NCBI GenBank assembly: GCA_963696385.1
Contig: CAVOKF010000005.1
Coordinates: 128,001-192,000, forward strand
Direction of reading: 5' to 3'
Source: an uncultured delta proteobacterium
Lineage (GTDB): Bacteria; Myxococcota_A; Polyangia; Polyangiales; Polyangiaceae
Length of the DNA stretch: 64,000 nt
The notes beneath the pieces are model-generated. The model saw only the letters and a program-made list of their open reading frames with translations. It did not search any database and was not told the origin of the DNA. Made by a program: the position numbers and the translations under genes. Positions 54,200-62,480 of this stretch are shown here, in pieces; position 1 is the first letter of the stretch; every line of letters starts with the position of its first letter.

Positions 54200-56140
54200 T
54201 CACAACCCGAAGGCCCGCAGTTTCTTGTGCAAACCTTCGCGCGTGATTCCGAGTGTCTTGGCGGCCGCGGTCTTGTTGTTCTCGTGTTGCCGAAGCGCTT
54301 CCATGAGGATCCACCGCTCGAGCGTGTCCATCGTCTCCTTGAGCGTCCCTTTGGTCGGTTTTACGCGATCGATGAGCCCCTCGACTCGCCGCAACCTGGG
54401 CGAAAGCAGCTCAGACGTAATGAAGTCGCCAGGCTCAATCTGAATAACGAGCCTCTGCACTTCATTCTGGAGCTCGCGTACGTTTCCCGGCCAGTCGTAG
54501 GCTTGCAGCAGCTCTATCGCTTGCTGGGAGAAGCCGGCGACCGGCTTGCCAAGCTCGGCCGCATACCGCCTCAAGAAATGCTCGGCGAGCAAAGAGATAT
54601 CCTCTCTCCGCTCGCGAAGAGGCGGGACGCGGATGGGAAACACTTTCAGTCGGTAATACAAGTCCTCTCGAAAGCGTCCTTCAGCGACTTCCTTTTCGAG
54701 GTTGCGATTGGTTGCGGCGACTATTCGCACGTTGACCCGCTTTTCCTGCGTGGCTCCCACGGGTCGGATGTCGCCCTCCTGAAGAACTCGCAGGAGCTTG
54801 GACTGGAGCGACAGCGGCGTCTCAGTGATCTCGTCGAGAAAGAGAGTTCCCCCGTCGGCGATTTCGAACAGGCCCTTTTTGTCTTCATGGGCGCCCGTGA
54901 AGCTCCCTTTCCTGTGTCCGAAAAGCTCACTTTCCAGCAAGCTCTCGGGCATGGCCGCACAATTCTGGCCAACGAAAAGCTGCCCCCGTCGACGCGAACC
55001 GTAGTGTAGTGCGGCCGCGATGAGCTCCTTGCCGACTCCGGTCTCTCCCTCGACGAGAACGGTCACGCGAGTGTCGACGACTTTCGCCAGCTGATCGAGC
55101 AGCGCTCGCATGGCGGCACTTGTGCCGATGATTTCCTCCGACCCCTTCCCGACGCGTCGCGATTCTTCGCGAGTCTTCAGAAAGGCGTTCTCCTTCTTGA
55201 GGCGCTCTTCGGCGGCACAAAGTCGTTGAACGAGGCGCGCGTTCGCAACCGCGAGCGATGCCCCGTGGGCTAGGACGGCGCACACGTCGAGATCCCCCGC
55301 CGAAAACACGCCTGTACTCTGCCGATTGTCCATTTGGAGGACGCCCAGAATTTCGTCGCCCTTCCAGAGCGGTACCGCGAGAACGCTGCGGATCTGCGCC
55401 CCGAGGAGCGATTCGCTATGCGCCATTTCCCTTGGCGCGTCGGCTGCGATCACAGCGGCTCGTTCGACGACGACCTTGCGAAAGATGCTTCGGGTCACCG
55501 GAATCGGCTGGGTTGCGGGTCCTCGCTGATCGCGCATTCGAGTCACGATGGGCACATAGCTAGCGGCGTCCCCCCGTCCGGCGTCGTCATCGTCCTCCCG
55601 AAGGATGACCGTGACGTGGGTCGCGCCGGAGACGAGCACGAAGGTTGCGTCGGCGATTGCGATCAATACGTCGTTCAGCTCCGTCGCTGCTCCAATCCGC
55701 TTCTGGGCGTCGTAAAGCGCCCGCAACCGCCCGTCGTCGCGTTCGATCGTCGATTCAAGCCGCCCGAGCTCGTCGATTTTCCGAACCGCGATTACTCGCG
55801 CCGTTGCATCGTCGTCGTCCACCGCGACTTCGATGCGGACCACCCGGTCTCCGGCCCCGAGTTCGATGAGGTCGCCCGGCTCGAGCTTAACCTCGCGTCC
55901 GTCCCGCTCCTCGAGCGGGATGCGATCGTCCCCCCGGACGACGGTCGTGCCGTTGGTCGACCGCAGGTCTCGCAAGACATACCGCTCGCCAGCGAACACG
56001 ATGCGCGCGTGCTCTCCCGACACATGCTCGTCGGGAAGTACGACGTCGTTGCCTGCGGCCCGCCCGAGCCGGACGACGTTGGCTGACGACTCATGCCGCG
56101 AACCCTTCGCCAGCCCCTCTGTCACCTGGAGGCGGATCAT
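54200..56140 (-). CDS. FHA-GAF sigma54-dependent activator
   Basis: FHA GR...VSGEHA...DLRSTNGT; GAF; GETGVGKE, GSFTGA, FLDEI, WPGNVREL, HTH. Confidence 0.93.
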   Translation of the reverse strand: MIRLQVTEGLAKGSRHESSANVVRLGRAAGNDVVLPDEHVSGEHARIVFAGERYVLRDLRSTNGTTVVRGDDRIPLEERDGREVKLEPGDLIELGAGDRVVRIEVAVDDDDATARVIAVRKIDELGRLESTIERDDGRLRALYDAQKRIGAATELNDVLIAIADATFVLVSGATHVTVILREDDDDAGRGDAASYVPIVTRMRDQRGPATQPIPVTRSIFRKVVVERAAVIAADAPREMAHSESLLGAQIRSVLAVPLWKGDEILGVLQMDNRQSTGVFSAGDLDVCAVLAHGASLAVANARLVQRLCAAEERLKKENAFLKTREESRRVGKGSEEIIGTSAAMRALLDQLAKVVDTRVTVLVEGETGVGKELIAAALHYGSRRRGQLFVGQNCAAMPESLLESELFGHRKGSFTGAHEDKKGLFEIADGGTLFLDEITETPLSLQSKLLRVLQEGDIRPVGATQEKRVNVRIVAATNRNLEKEVAEGRFREDLYYRLKVFPIRVPPLRERREDISLLAEHFLRRYAAELGKPVAGFSQQAIELLQAYDWPGNVRELQNEVQRLVIQIEPGDFITSELLSPRLRRVEGLIDRVKPTKGTLKETMDTLERWILMEALRQHENNKTAAAKTLGITREGLHKKLRAFGL

Positions 56141-56300
56141 TCGTGGGCCGAGAATAACTCACCCCGCGTCGCCACGGAGCCCGGCAGACAATTCGCTCTC
56201 GGCGTCGGCATCTCGCATCGCAGGGCCGGAGCGTTGTGCGAGTCGACCAGAGAACGCAGCGGCGCGGCGCACAGGGGACGGAAAGGCCGAGCTGGTCTCA

Positions 56301-56487
56301 GACCCCGCCCCAGAGCGACGGGGTCAGCAGGGCGGTGTACTTCAATCGTCGGGAGGCGATTGGCGTTCGGGGCGAAGCCCCAAGGAAAATCATCTTCGTA
56401 CGGCGCCAGCCTGCGATGCAGGCGAACCCAGCGCAGCTGGGTACCGTTCAACGGGGCGCTGTACTTCGGGCGATCCACCCGGCCTGT
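56301..56487 (+). repeat. Multi-hairpin structured intergenic element (REP-like cloverleaf or ncRNA)
   Basis: Six short hairpins, a four-way junction, a closing helix and a 14-bp near-direct repeat (details in findings). Confidence 0.55.
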
Positions 56488-56490
56488 CAC

Positions 56491-58215
56491 TCAAGGCGCC
56501 CGGGCGCGAAGTCTCAGAGCAATCTTGACGACCGAATCGTCGGCCATAAGAACGCCTTGCTCGCCGGACCGCTTGTCCGCGGCCACCATCGTGTCCAGCG
56601 CATCGGCCGCTCGGACGTCGCCCTTCGGGGCGAGTTCGTCGATGGCCTCGACGACCGCGAGACGGGCGCTCGGATCCTTGATTTTCTCGACCCGCTTGAG
56701 AAGCTCGCTGCGGGTCGCATCGGGATTGCCCTGGCCGTAAATGACCGTCATCCAGGAAGCCTTGATTGCGCGCCAGTTCGCGGTCGTCGGTGATGAAGGG
56801 ATTGGCTGATCGAGCACTCCCAGATAGCAGCTGCCGTTTGTCCCGCATTTGTCGAGGGTTTGACTCGCGAAGTCGAACATCTGCTTGCTCGCTTGGAACA
56901 CATCGCCAGGGAGTTCGGCCTTGGCTTTCTGAAGCGCGGCGCCGACGGCGTCCTTCTTGTTCTGCGGCATGACCTTTAGCGCTGCCTCGATCGGCAGGAG
57001 CTTACTGGCCGCATCGGGAGCGGCCGCCGTCTCCTTCACGAGCCAGTCGGTTAGGCTAGGATCGTAGAAGCCGGCGGATGCTTGCGCGAGTGCAGCTCGC
57101 GGTCTGAGAGGACCGAGCAGCTCAACCGATGCGTCCCACTTTAGTTTGTTGTAAGCGGTCATGAAAGCCGGCTCCACGCGCGCGTCCCGGGGAAATTGGA
57201 CGAGTGCTTGGGCGAATGCCGTTCGCGTTGTGTCTGTGTCTGCGGTCGGCAACGCATTGAGGATCGCATCACGTCCCCCCGGCCGCGACAGGAGAGCGAG
57301 CGTATCGGCGACGATCGCGAGGTTCGCTTTGTCTTTGAACGCCTCGCCCGCTTTCGCGTAGTCGGCATCGGTGCCGTTGAGCGCTTTGATCAGCTCGGGC
57401 TCGGCGGCAGGTGCCATCTTGAGGAGTGCAATGCGGATCGTCGCGTTCAAGTCGATTTTCGTTGGAGTCAAAAGCACGAGCACGAGCTGCTTGATCGCCT
57501 TCGTGTAGCGTTGCTCGCTGATGACTTGGACCGACGTGAGCTGCCACCAGTTGATCTGGTCCTTTTGCGAATCGACGCTGCCCGGAATCACGGGCGCCTT
57601 GAGCTTCTCGATCGCCTTGTCGCCGTAACTCGGGTCGTGAACGTTGACGATCGCCTCGTGCAGGGCTTGATACAGGCGCTGACTTGTTGTCTGCGAGAGG
57701 CGGAATTTTGCGAAGACGGCCCAGAGCTCATCGCTCAAGGTTGGCTCGATCTTGACTCCCGCCTTTGCCATTGCGTTGATCGACTCGCAGGCGACGCGGA
57801 CCTCGTCGTCCGTCCTGCCCATTTCGAAGTCCTTGAGCGCCTTTGCGAGGGCTGGCTGGGTTCGCGGATCATGAGTCTCTGCCAGAAACTTCATGAGATC
57901 GGTGCGCGTCTTGTCGTCGAGGGCACCGCCGGTGTACTGCTTTGCCAGTGGGTCGACGATCGTGTCGAGCATTAGTCTGATCTCGGGCGCCGCGGCGTCG
58001 TTGCTTGCGCGCGTCATGTCATCCTCGTAGAATTGAGTCAGCCGCTTAATGGCGTTTGCGCGCTGTGCCGGATCGTCCAGCCGCTTGACCCACGTCTTCG
58101 GATCATTCTCGTCGTCGCAAGCGATCAGCGCTGTGACCAAGACAAATGGCGCCGCTAAGGTCGCCCCACGCGACAGTAGACGCAGCGCGCAGCAGGGTGT
58201 CCGCACCGTCTTCAT
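56491..58215 (-). CDS. Helical (HEAT/ARM-like) lipoprotein
   Basis: Lipobox LIAC; DP.TW.KRL.DP; Ala/Leu helical repeats; Cys pair C....C near the C-terminus. Confidence 0.7.
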   Translation of the reverse strand: MKTVRTPCCALRLLSRGATLAAPFVLVTALIACDDENDPKTWVKRLDDPAQRANAIKRLTQFYEDDMTRASNDAAAPEIRLMLDTIVDPLAKQYTGGALDDKTRTDLMKFLAETHDPRTQPALAKALKDFEMGRTDDEVRVACESINAMAKAGVKIEPTLSDELWAVFAKFRLSQTTSQRLYQALHEAIVNVHDPSYGDKAIEKLKAPVIPGSVDSQKDQINWWQLTSVQVISEQRYTKAIKQLVLVLLTPTKIDLNATIRIALLKMAPAAEPELIKALNGTDADYAKAGEAFKDKANLAIVADTLALLSRPGGRDAILNALPTADTDTTRTAFAQALVQFPRDARVEPAFMTAYNKLKWDASVELLGPLRPRAALAQASAGFYDPSLTDWLVKETAAAPDAASKLLPIEAALKVMPQNKKDAVGAALQKAKAELPGDVFQASKQMFDFASQTLDKCGTNGSCYLGVLDQPIPSSPTTANWRAIKASWMTVIYGQGNPDATRSELLKRVEKIKDPSARLAVVEAIDELAPKGDVRAADALDTMVAADKRSGEQGVLMADDSVVKIALRLRARAP

Positions 58216-58300
58216 GTAACTCTCCCATGTGCCCGTCATGACCCGTCATTGCCCCGGCTCGACCTGGCCGCGCGACGGTACAAGGGCGCGGGAGCGAGTG

Positions 58301-59419
58301 TCAAACGCGGGGCGTCGCTTCACCCCCCTCTGCGCTCGGCCGTGCGTCGAAGCTGGGTCCGGCTGGGGGCGGCATTCCGAGGCTGGCTGCGCGGCCCGCG
58401 CCGATTAGGACACATCGCCCATCGCCCTCGCCGAGGGCAACCGAGACGGTTCGTGCGCTACCTCGCCAACAGCGGGCATCGATCCCCGCGCGCACCGTGT
58501 CGGCAAACCGACGGCCGAGCCCGAGCGCGAATCCACCAATTATGACGAACCGTTCCACGCCTATCGCGAGGTGGATTGTGGCGAGCACTCCCCCGAGGGC
58601 GTTTGCACCCTGATTGATCCGTTGCGTCGCCCAATCGTCTTCCACCCCGTACGCGCGAGCGAGCGCTTCGGGGGTGAGGCCACCGGGTTCAAGGCCGAGG
58701 TCCCTCACGAGAATGGACCGGCGGAACGCCTCGGGCGAGCGCTCCGCCTCCTCGCGCGCTCTTTGCACAAGGCCGCGTCCCGAAGCAAAGGCGCCGAGGT
58801 GCCCCTGGCCGCCGCAATCGCAGGCCGGAGCATCCGGCGACGGGTCGACGACGACGTGACCGATCTCGCCGCCGCGCGCCCGAGGCCCGACCAGCGGACG
58901 GCCACCCGCGAATACCTTGTTACCGATTCCAGTGCTGACCGTCACGATGCAAAAGGCGTCCGCTTCGTCGCGCACGTAGCGATATCCCGCGGCGGCGACA
59001 TCGTTGAGAACGTGCACCGACGTGCCTGGCCATGCGTCGCGAAGGTCGTCGCCCAATCCGTAGGGATAAGGCCCCTCGTCGCCCCACAGCGTGGGTGCGG
59101 CCAGAACCCTTTCTTGTTGGTCGATGGGTCCAGGGAAACCCACCGTGACGGACCCCGCGTGGCCCGCCGGATCAAGTGCCGTGCGAAGGGCCGACATCTC
59201 CGCGACGAGTCGCCTCCTGAGATCCATCCACGACAGGTCCGGGTGGCGGATGTAGCTCGGCGCTTCGACGACACGCGGTGCCGAAAGCCGCGCGCTCTCG
59301 GCGTTCCATGTTGCGGCACGCAGCTGCGTTCCTCCGACGTCGAACACGATGTGTTGTGGGCCTGCCGCCACGTTCGCGACGGTAACCGGAGCCCCAACGG
59401 CGAACAAGTTGCCGACCAT
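58301..59419 (-). CDS. ROK family kinase resembling C7-cyclitol kinases
   Basis: FDVGGT, GFPGP, LND, STGIG, GGEIGH, CDCG..GHL, GG. Confidence 0.85.
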   Translation of the reverse strand: MVGNLFAVGAPVTVANVAAGPQHIVFDVGGTQLRAATWNAESARLSAPRVVEAPSYIRHPDLSWMDLRRRLVAEMSALRTALDPAGHAGSVTVGFPGPIDQQERVLAAPTLWGDEGPYPYGLGDDLRDAWPGTSVHVLNDVAAAGYRYVRDEADAFCIVTVSTGIGNKVFAGGRPLVGPRARGGEIGHVVVDPSPDAPACDCGGQGHLGAFASGRGLVQRAREEAERSPEAFRRSILVRDLGLEPGGLTPEALARAYGVEDDWATQRINQGANALGGVLATIHLAIGVERFVIIGGFALGLGRRFADTVRAGIDARCWRGSARTVSVALGEGDGRCVLIGAGRAASLGMPPPAGPSFDARPSAEGGEATPRV

Positions 59420-60234
59420 CAGCCAGCGGCCGTCAGTGTGGCGACGACGTTGGCGTGCAGCTGCGCGTTCGTGGCTAGCAATCCGCGTGCATTGACGATC
59501 TCGTCGGCTGCATAATCGATCCGCGACCCCCCGATTTCAGTGAACGTCCCGCCGGCCGCTTCGACCAGGGCGTCGCCCGCACACGCGTCCCACCTCATTC
59601 CCGCGGGCCCAGGCTGCACGTAGACGTCGTGGTCTCCCGTTGCGACGAGGACGGCTTTGAGGCCTGAGCTTCCGTGGATTACTGCGGCCGACCCTGTTGC
59701 CCGGACGAGCGGAGCGACTTGGTCGGAAGGTCGAGATCGCGAAATGAGAACGGATGCACCGCGAAGCGAAGAACGGGACGAGACTTTGATAGGCAGCCTC
59801 GCGCCGTTCGTAGCCACCTCCCACGCGCCATGCCCCACGACGCCGACGAACGCGCGCCCCCACGCTGGTGCGACAATCACCCCTGCCGTCGCTCGTCCAG
59901 CCTGCGCGAGCCCAATCATCACCGCGAATTCGCCATTTCGCGCGACGAACTCACGCGTCCCGTCCAACGGGTCGATGAACCACGCCGCGTCGGATCGCTC
60001 GAAACCTTCGTACGTCCCGGGATCGCTCTCTTCGGCGACCAATGGAATGCCCGGAAGCGCGGCGTCTAGCCGATCGCAGAGGAGGGCGTTCGCTTCGCGA
60101 TCGGCTCTCGTCACCGGATCATCCTGACCCTTGTATTCGACGGAGAATCCCGCCGTGTAAACGCGCATCACGAGATCGCTCGCTTCGAGTGCGGCAGAAA
60201 GCGCCGCTTCTGCCGCTCGCATGGTGTCAATCAT
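59419..60234 (-). CDS. cysQ: 3'(2'),5'-bisphosphate nucleotidase / inositol monophosphatase family
   Basis: PVT.AD, EE, IDPLDGTREF, WD.CAG; ATG 60234 overlaps the stop of the upstream AKR gene. Confidence 0.85.
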   Translation of the reverse strand: MIDTMRAAEAALSAALEASDLVMRVYTAGFSVEYKGQDDPVTRADREANALLCDRLDAALPGIPLVAEESDPGTYEGFERSDAAWFIDPLDGTREFVARNGEFAVMIGLAQAGRATAGVIVAPAWGRAFVGVVGHGAWEVATNGARLPIKVSSRSSLRGASVLISRSRPSDQVAPLVRATGSAAVIHGSSGLKAVLVATGDHDVYVQPGPAGMRWDACAGDALVEAAGGTFTEIGGSRIDYAADEIVNARGLLATNAQLHANVVATLTAAG

Positions 60235-61205
60235 AGTTCGACGCCAACCGCTTCGAGCAAACGAGGGAGACGCGCGAGATCCGCATCGCGGATGTACACC
60301 GGGCCCATTCCGACTTCGCGGACGATGTCCTCGAGTTGGTTGACGGAACGCGGGCCGAGAACCGCACTGGACACAATCGAGTTCGAGAGCACGAACCGAA
60401 CCGCGGCGGACGCCATGGTTCTGATGTTCCGATTCACCAAGAATTCCACAGCGGAGGCCTGGTCGATGCGCTGGCCGAACTCCACGCTCGTCCACCGGCC
60501 GGCGCGGTGGTCCCCCGGAGAAAACTTGCGGTCTTTCTCCCAGGAGCCAGCCAGCAGCCCGTACGCGAGTGTCGACCGCGCGAGTACGCCGGCACCCGAC
60601 ACCATGACTTCGCCGGCGAGCCGATGAAGATCACTCGCATGGAGGAGGTTGTAAGCAATCTCGATGACCTCCGCGCCGTGTTGCATCGCCGCGCGACCCA
60701 CCGCGACGTCGCCCACACTGACGCCCCAATGCGCGATTTTGCCCTCCTTTTTCAATTGCGCGAGCGCGTTCACGACCGCAGGAGGTGCGCCCGAGAGAAC
60801 GGCTGGACTCGGGTTGTGAAGGAGGAACACGTCGATTCGCTCGCGTTGCAGGCGCTTCAGGGAGCGATGCACGCAATTTCTCAGGTAGTCTGGTTCGAAT
60901 CGCCTACGAGGCGGCGAGGTCGCCCGGTCGACCCCACCCTTCGTGACGACGATTACGTCATCCTGCTCTGGGTCTCGCAATGCGCGCCCGATGAGCTCCT
61001 CCATGCGGCCGTTGCCGTATGCGTCGGCCGTTTCGATCAAGGTGAAGCCCATCTCGAGTGCGCGCCGAATGACGCGCTCTTGTTCGGCCTCATCGACCGG
61101 GCCATAGCCGTCTCCCGATAGCCCCCATGTGCCGAGGGCCATTTCGCTGACGCGCAGTCCTGTCTTGCCGAGCGTTCGAACGCGCACGATTGGGTTCACT
61201 ACCAT
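60231..61205 (-). CDS. Aldo/keto reductase
   Basis: LGKTGL.VS..ALGTW, ETADAYG, TKGG, SLKRL, LLHNP, GKI..WGVS. Confidence 0.92.
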   Translation of the reverse strand: MVVNPIVRVRTLGKTGLRVSEMALGTWGLSGDGYGPVDEAEQERVIRRALEMGFTLIETADAYGNGRMEELIGRALRDPEQDDVIVVTKGGVDRATSPPRRRFEPDYLRNCVHRSLKRLQRERIDVFLLHNPSPAVLSGAPPAVVNALAQLKKEGKIAHWGVSVGDVAVGRAAMQHGAEVIEIAYNLLHASDLHRLAGEVMVSGAGVLARSTLAYGLLAGSWEKDRKFSPGDHRAGRWTSVEFGQRIDQASAVEFLVNRNIRTMASAAVRFVLSNSIVSSAVLGPRSVNQLEDIVREVGMGPVYIRDADLARLPRLLEAVGVEL

Positions 61206-61274
61206 AAGACGGCTCTTCCCGATCGAGCTCAGGCGGGCTAAAGGGCGTTCCGTACCCGATTACGGAGAAGACCT

Positions 61275-62477
61275 ATGCGAAGCTCCCGTTCTGCGGCGCT
61301 GCTAGCGATAAGTTCCACCCTTGCTGTCGCCTGCGGCGGGGAGGAGCCTGCCCCACAACCGCCGCCGCCGCCGCCGGCTGTCTCGGCCAGCGCGTCCGCG
61401 TCCCCCGCTCCACCGGTCGTGCCGCCGCCGCCGAAGCCTAGTCTTGCCGAGCTCATCCCGCAGACGCTCAAGGGAATTGGAGAAGCATTTAACGCGCACG
61501 ACGCAAAGAAGCTCGCAAGCTTTTACACGGACGATTGCACGGTCGACGATTACGGCACGCCCGAGGCCCACGGTCCCGACGACGTGGCAAAGGGCTTGCA
61601 AATGCTCTTTGACGGCTTCGGTGACGCGAAAACCGCTCCACTGCGTGTCTGGATCAAAGGCAATGTCGCGATCTCGGAGTTCGTCTGGCAGGCGACGATG
61701 ACGGGCGACATGATGATTCTGAAGGCGAGCAAAAAGCCGGTCGGCCAGATCCGCGTCCACGTCAGCTGGTTCAATGACGACGGCCGCGTCAAGGAAGAAC
61801 ACGACTACGGCGATCAAGCGGGTCTCATCGCCCAAATGACCGGAAGGAAGGGCGCGCCGCCGGTACCTGCCATTCCGACGAATCCACCGGATGTTCACCT
61901 CGCTAAGGGCACTCCCGACGAGGACAAGTTGGCCGACTGGGCCAAGGGCATCAGCGATCTATTCAACAAGGACGACCCGAAGGCGATCGTAGGGCAAGTG
62001 GCGACAGACGCGGATAATTGGATCAATTTTACTGGGGCTCCCGCTGCCAAGGGAATCAATGAGATCACCAAAGATCTTGCCGGATGGTTTAAAGCGTTTC
62101 CCGATCAAAAGTGGTCTTCGTCCAACGCGTGGGGCATCGATGGCTTCGCGATCATCGAACACACGGTGACGGGTACGCAGAAGGGGCCGCTCGGAACGCT
62201 GGTGGCCTCGAACAAGCCGGTCGCGAATTGGCACTGGATCGACGTCTGGCAGGCGGGAAGCGACGGCAAAATCCAACACAGTTGGGGCTACGCCAATTTG
62301 CTCGAGCTTCAACTGCAGACGGGCGCGTTCAAATTGCCGATTGGGAAGGCTGCGGGCAAGGAGTCTGGTCCAAAGGCGACGCCGGCGCCCACCGCGGCGT
62401 CGGCAACGACCGTCAAGGAGCCTGCGCCTAAGGCGGCTCCGGCCGCCGTCACGCCGAAAACCGGCGGCACGCAATAA
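61275..62477 (+). CDS. Lipoprotein with two SnoaL/NTF2-like domains
   Basis: Lipobox AVAC, Pro-rich linker, AFN.HD....SFY..D; second domain with AFPD...GTQ.G. Confidence 0.75.
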   Translation: MRSSRSAALLAISSTLAVACGGEEPAPQPPPPPPAVSASASASPAPPVVPPPPKPSLAELIPQTLKGIGEAFNAHDAKKLASFYTDDCTVDDYGTPEAHGPDDVAKGLQMLFDGFGDAKTAPLRVWIKGNVAISEFVWQATMTGDMMILKASKKPVGQIRVHVSWFNDDGRVKEEHDYGDQAGLIAQMTGRKGAPPVPAIPTNPPDVHLAKGTPDEDKLADWAKGISDLFNKDDPKAIVGQVATDADNWINFTGAPAAKGINEITKDLAGWFKAFPDQKWSSSNAWGIDGFAIIEHTVTGTQKGPLGTLVASNKPVANWHWIDVWQAGSDGKIQHSWGYANLLELQLQTGAFKLPIGKAAGKESGPKATPAPTAASATTVKEPAPKAAPAAVTPKTGGTQ

Positions 62478-62480
62478 GGG

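Noticed and set aside
56398..56464. Cloverleaf read as a tRNA
   Set aside because: Loops are 3 nt; no anticodon loop, T-loop or CCA end
56330..56467. 14-bp direct repeat as a CRISPR remnant
   Set aside because: Only two copies, too short, about 110 nt apart, and no cas genes
56137..56490. 117-aa ORF exactly filling the gap between two minus-strand genes
   Set aside because: No protein-like features and it coincides with the hairpin element; not fully excluded
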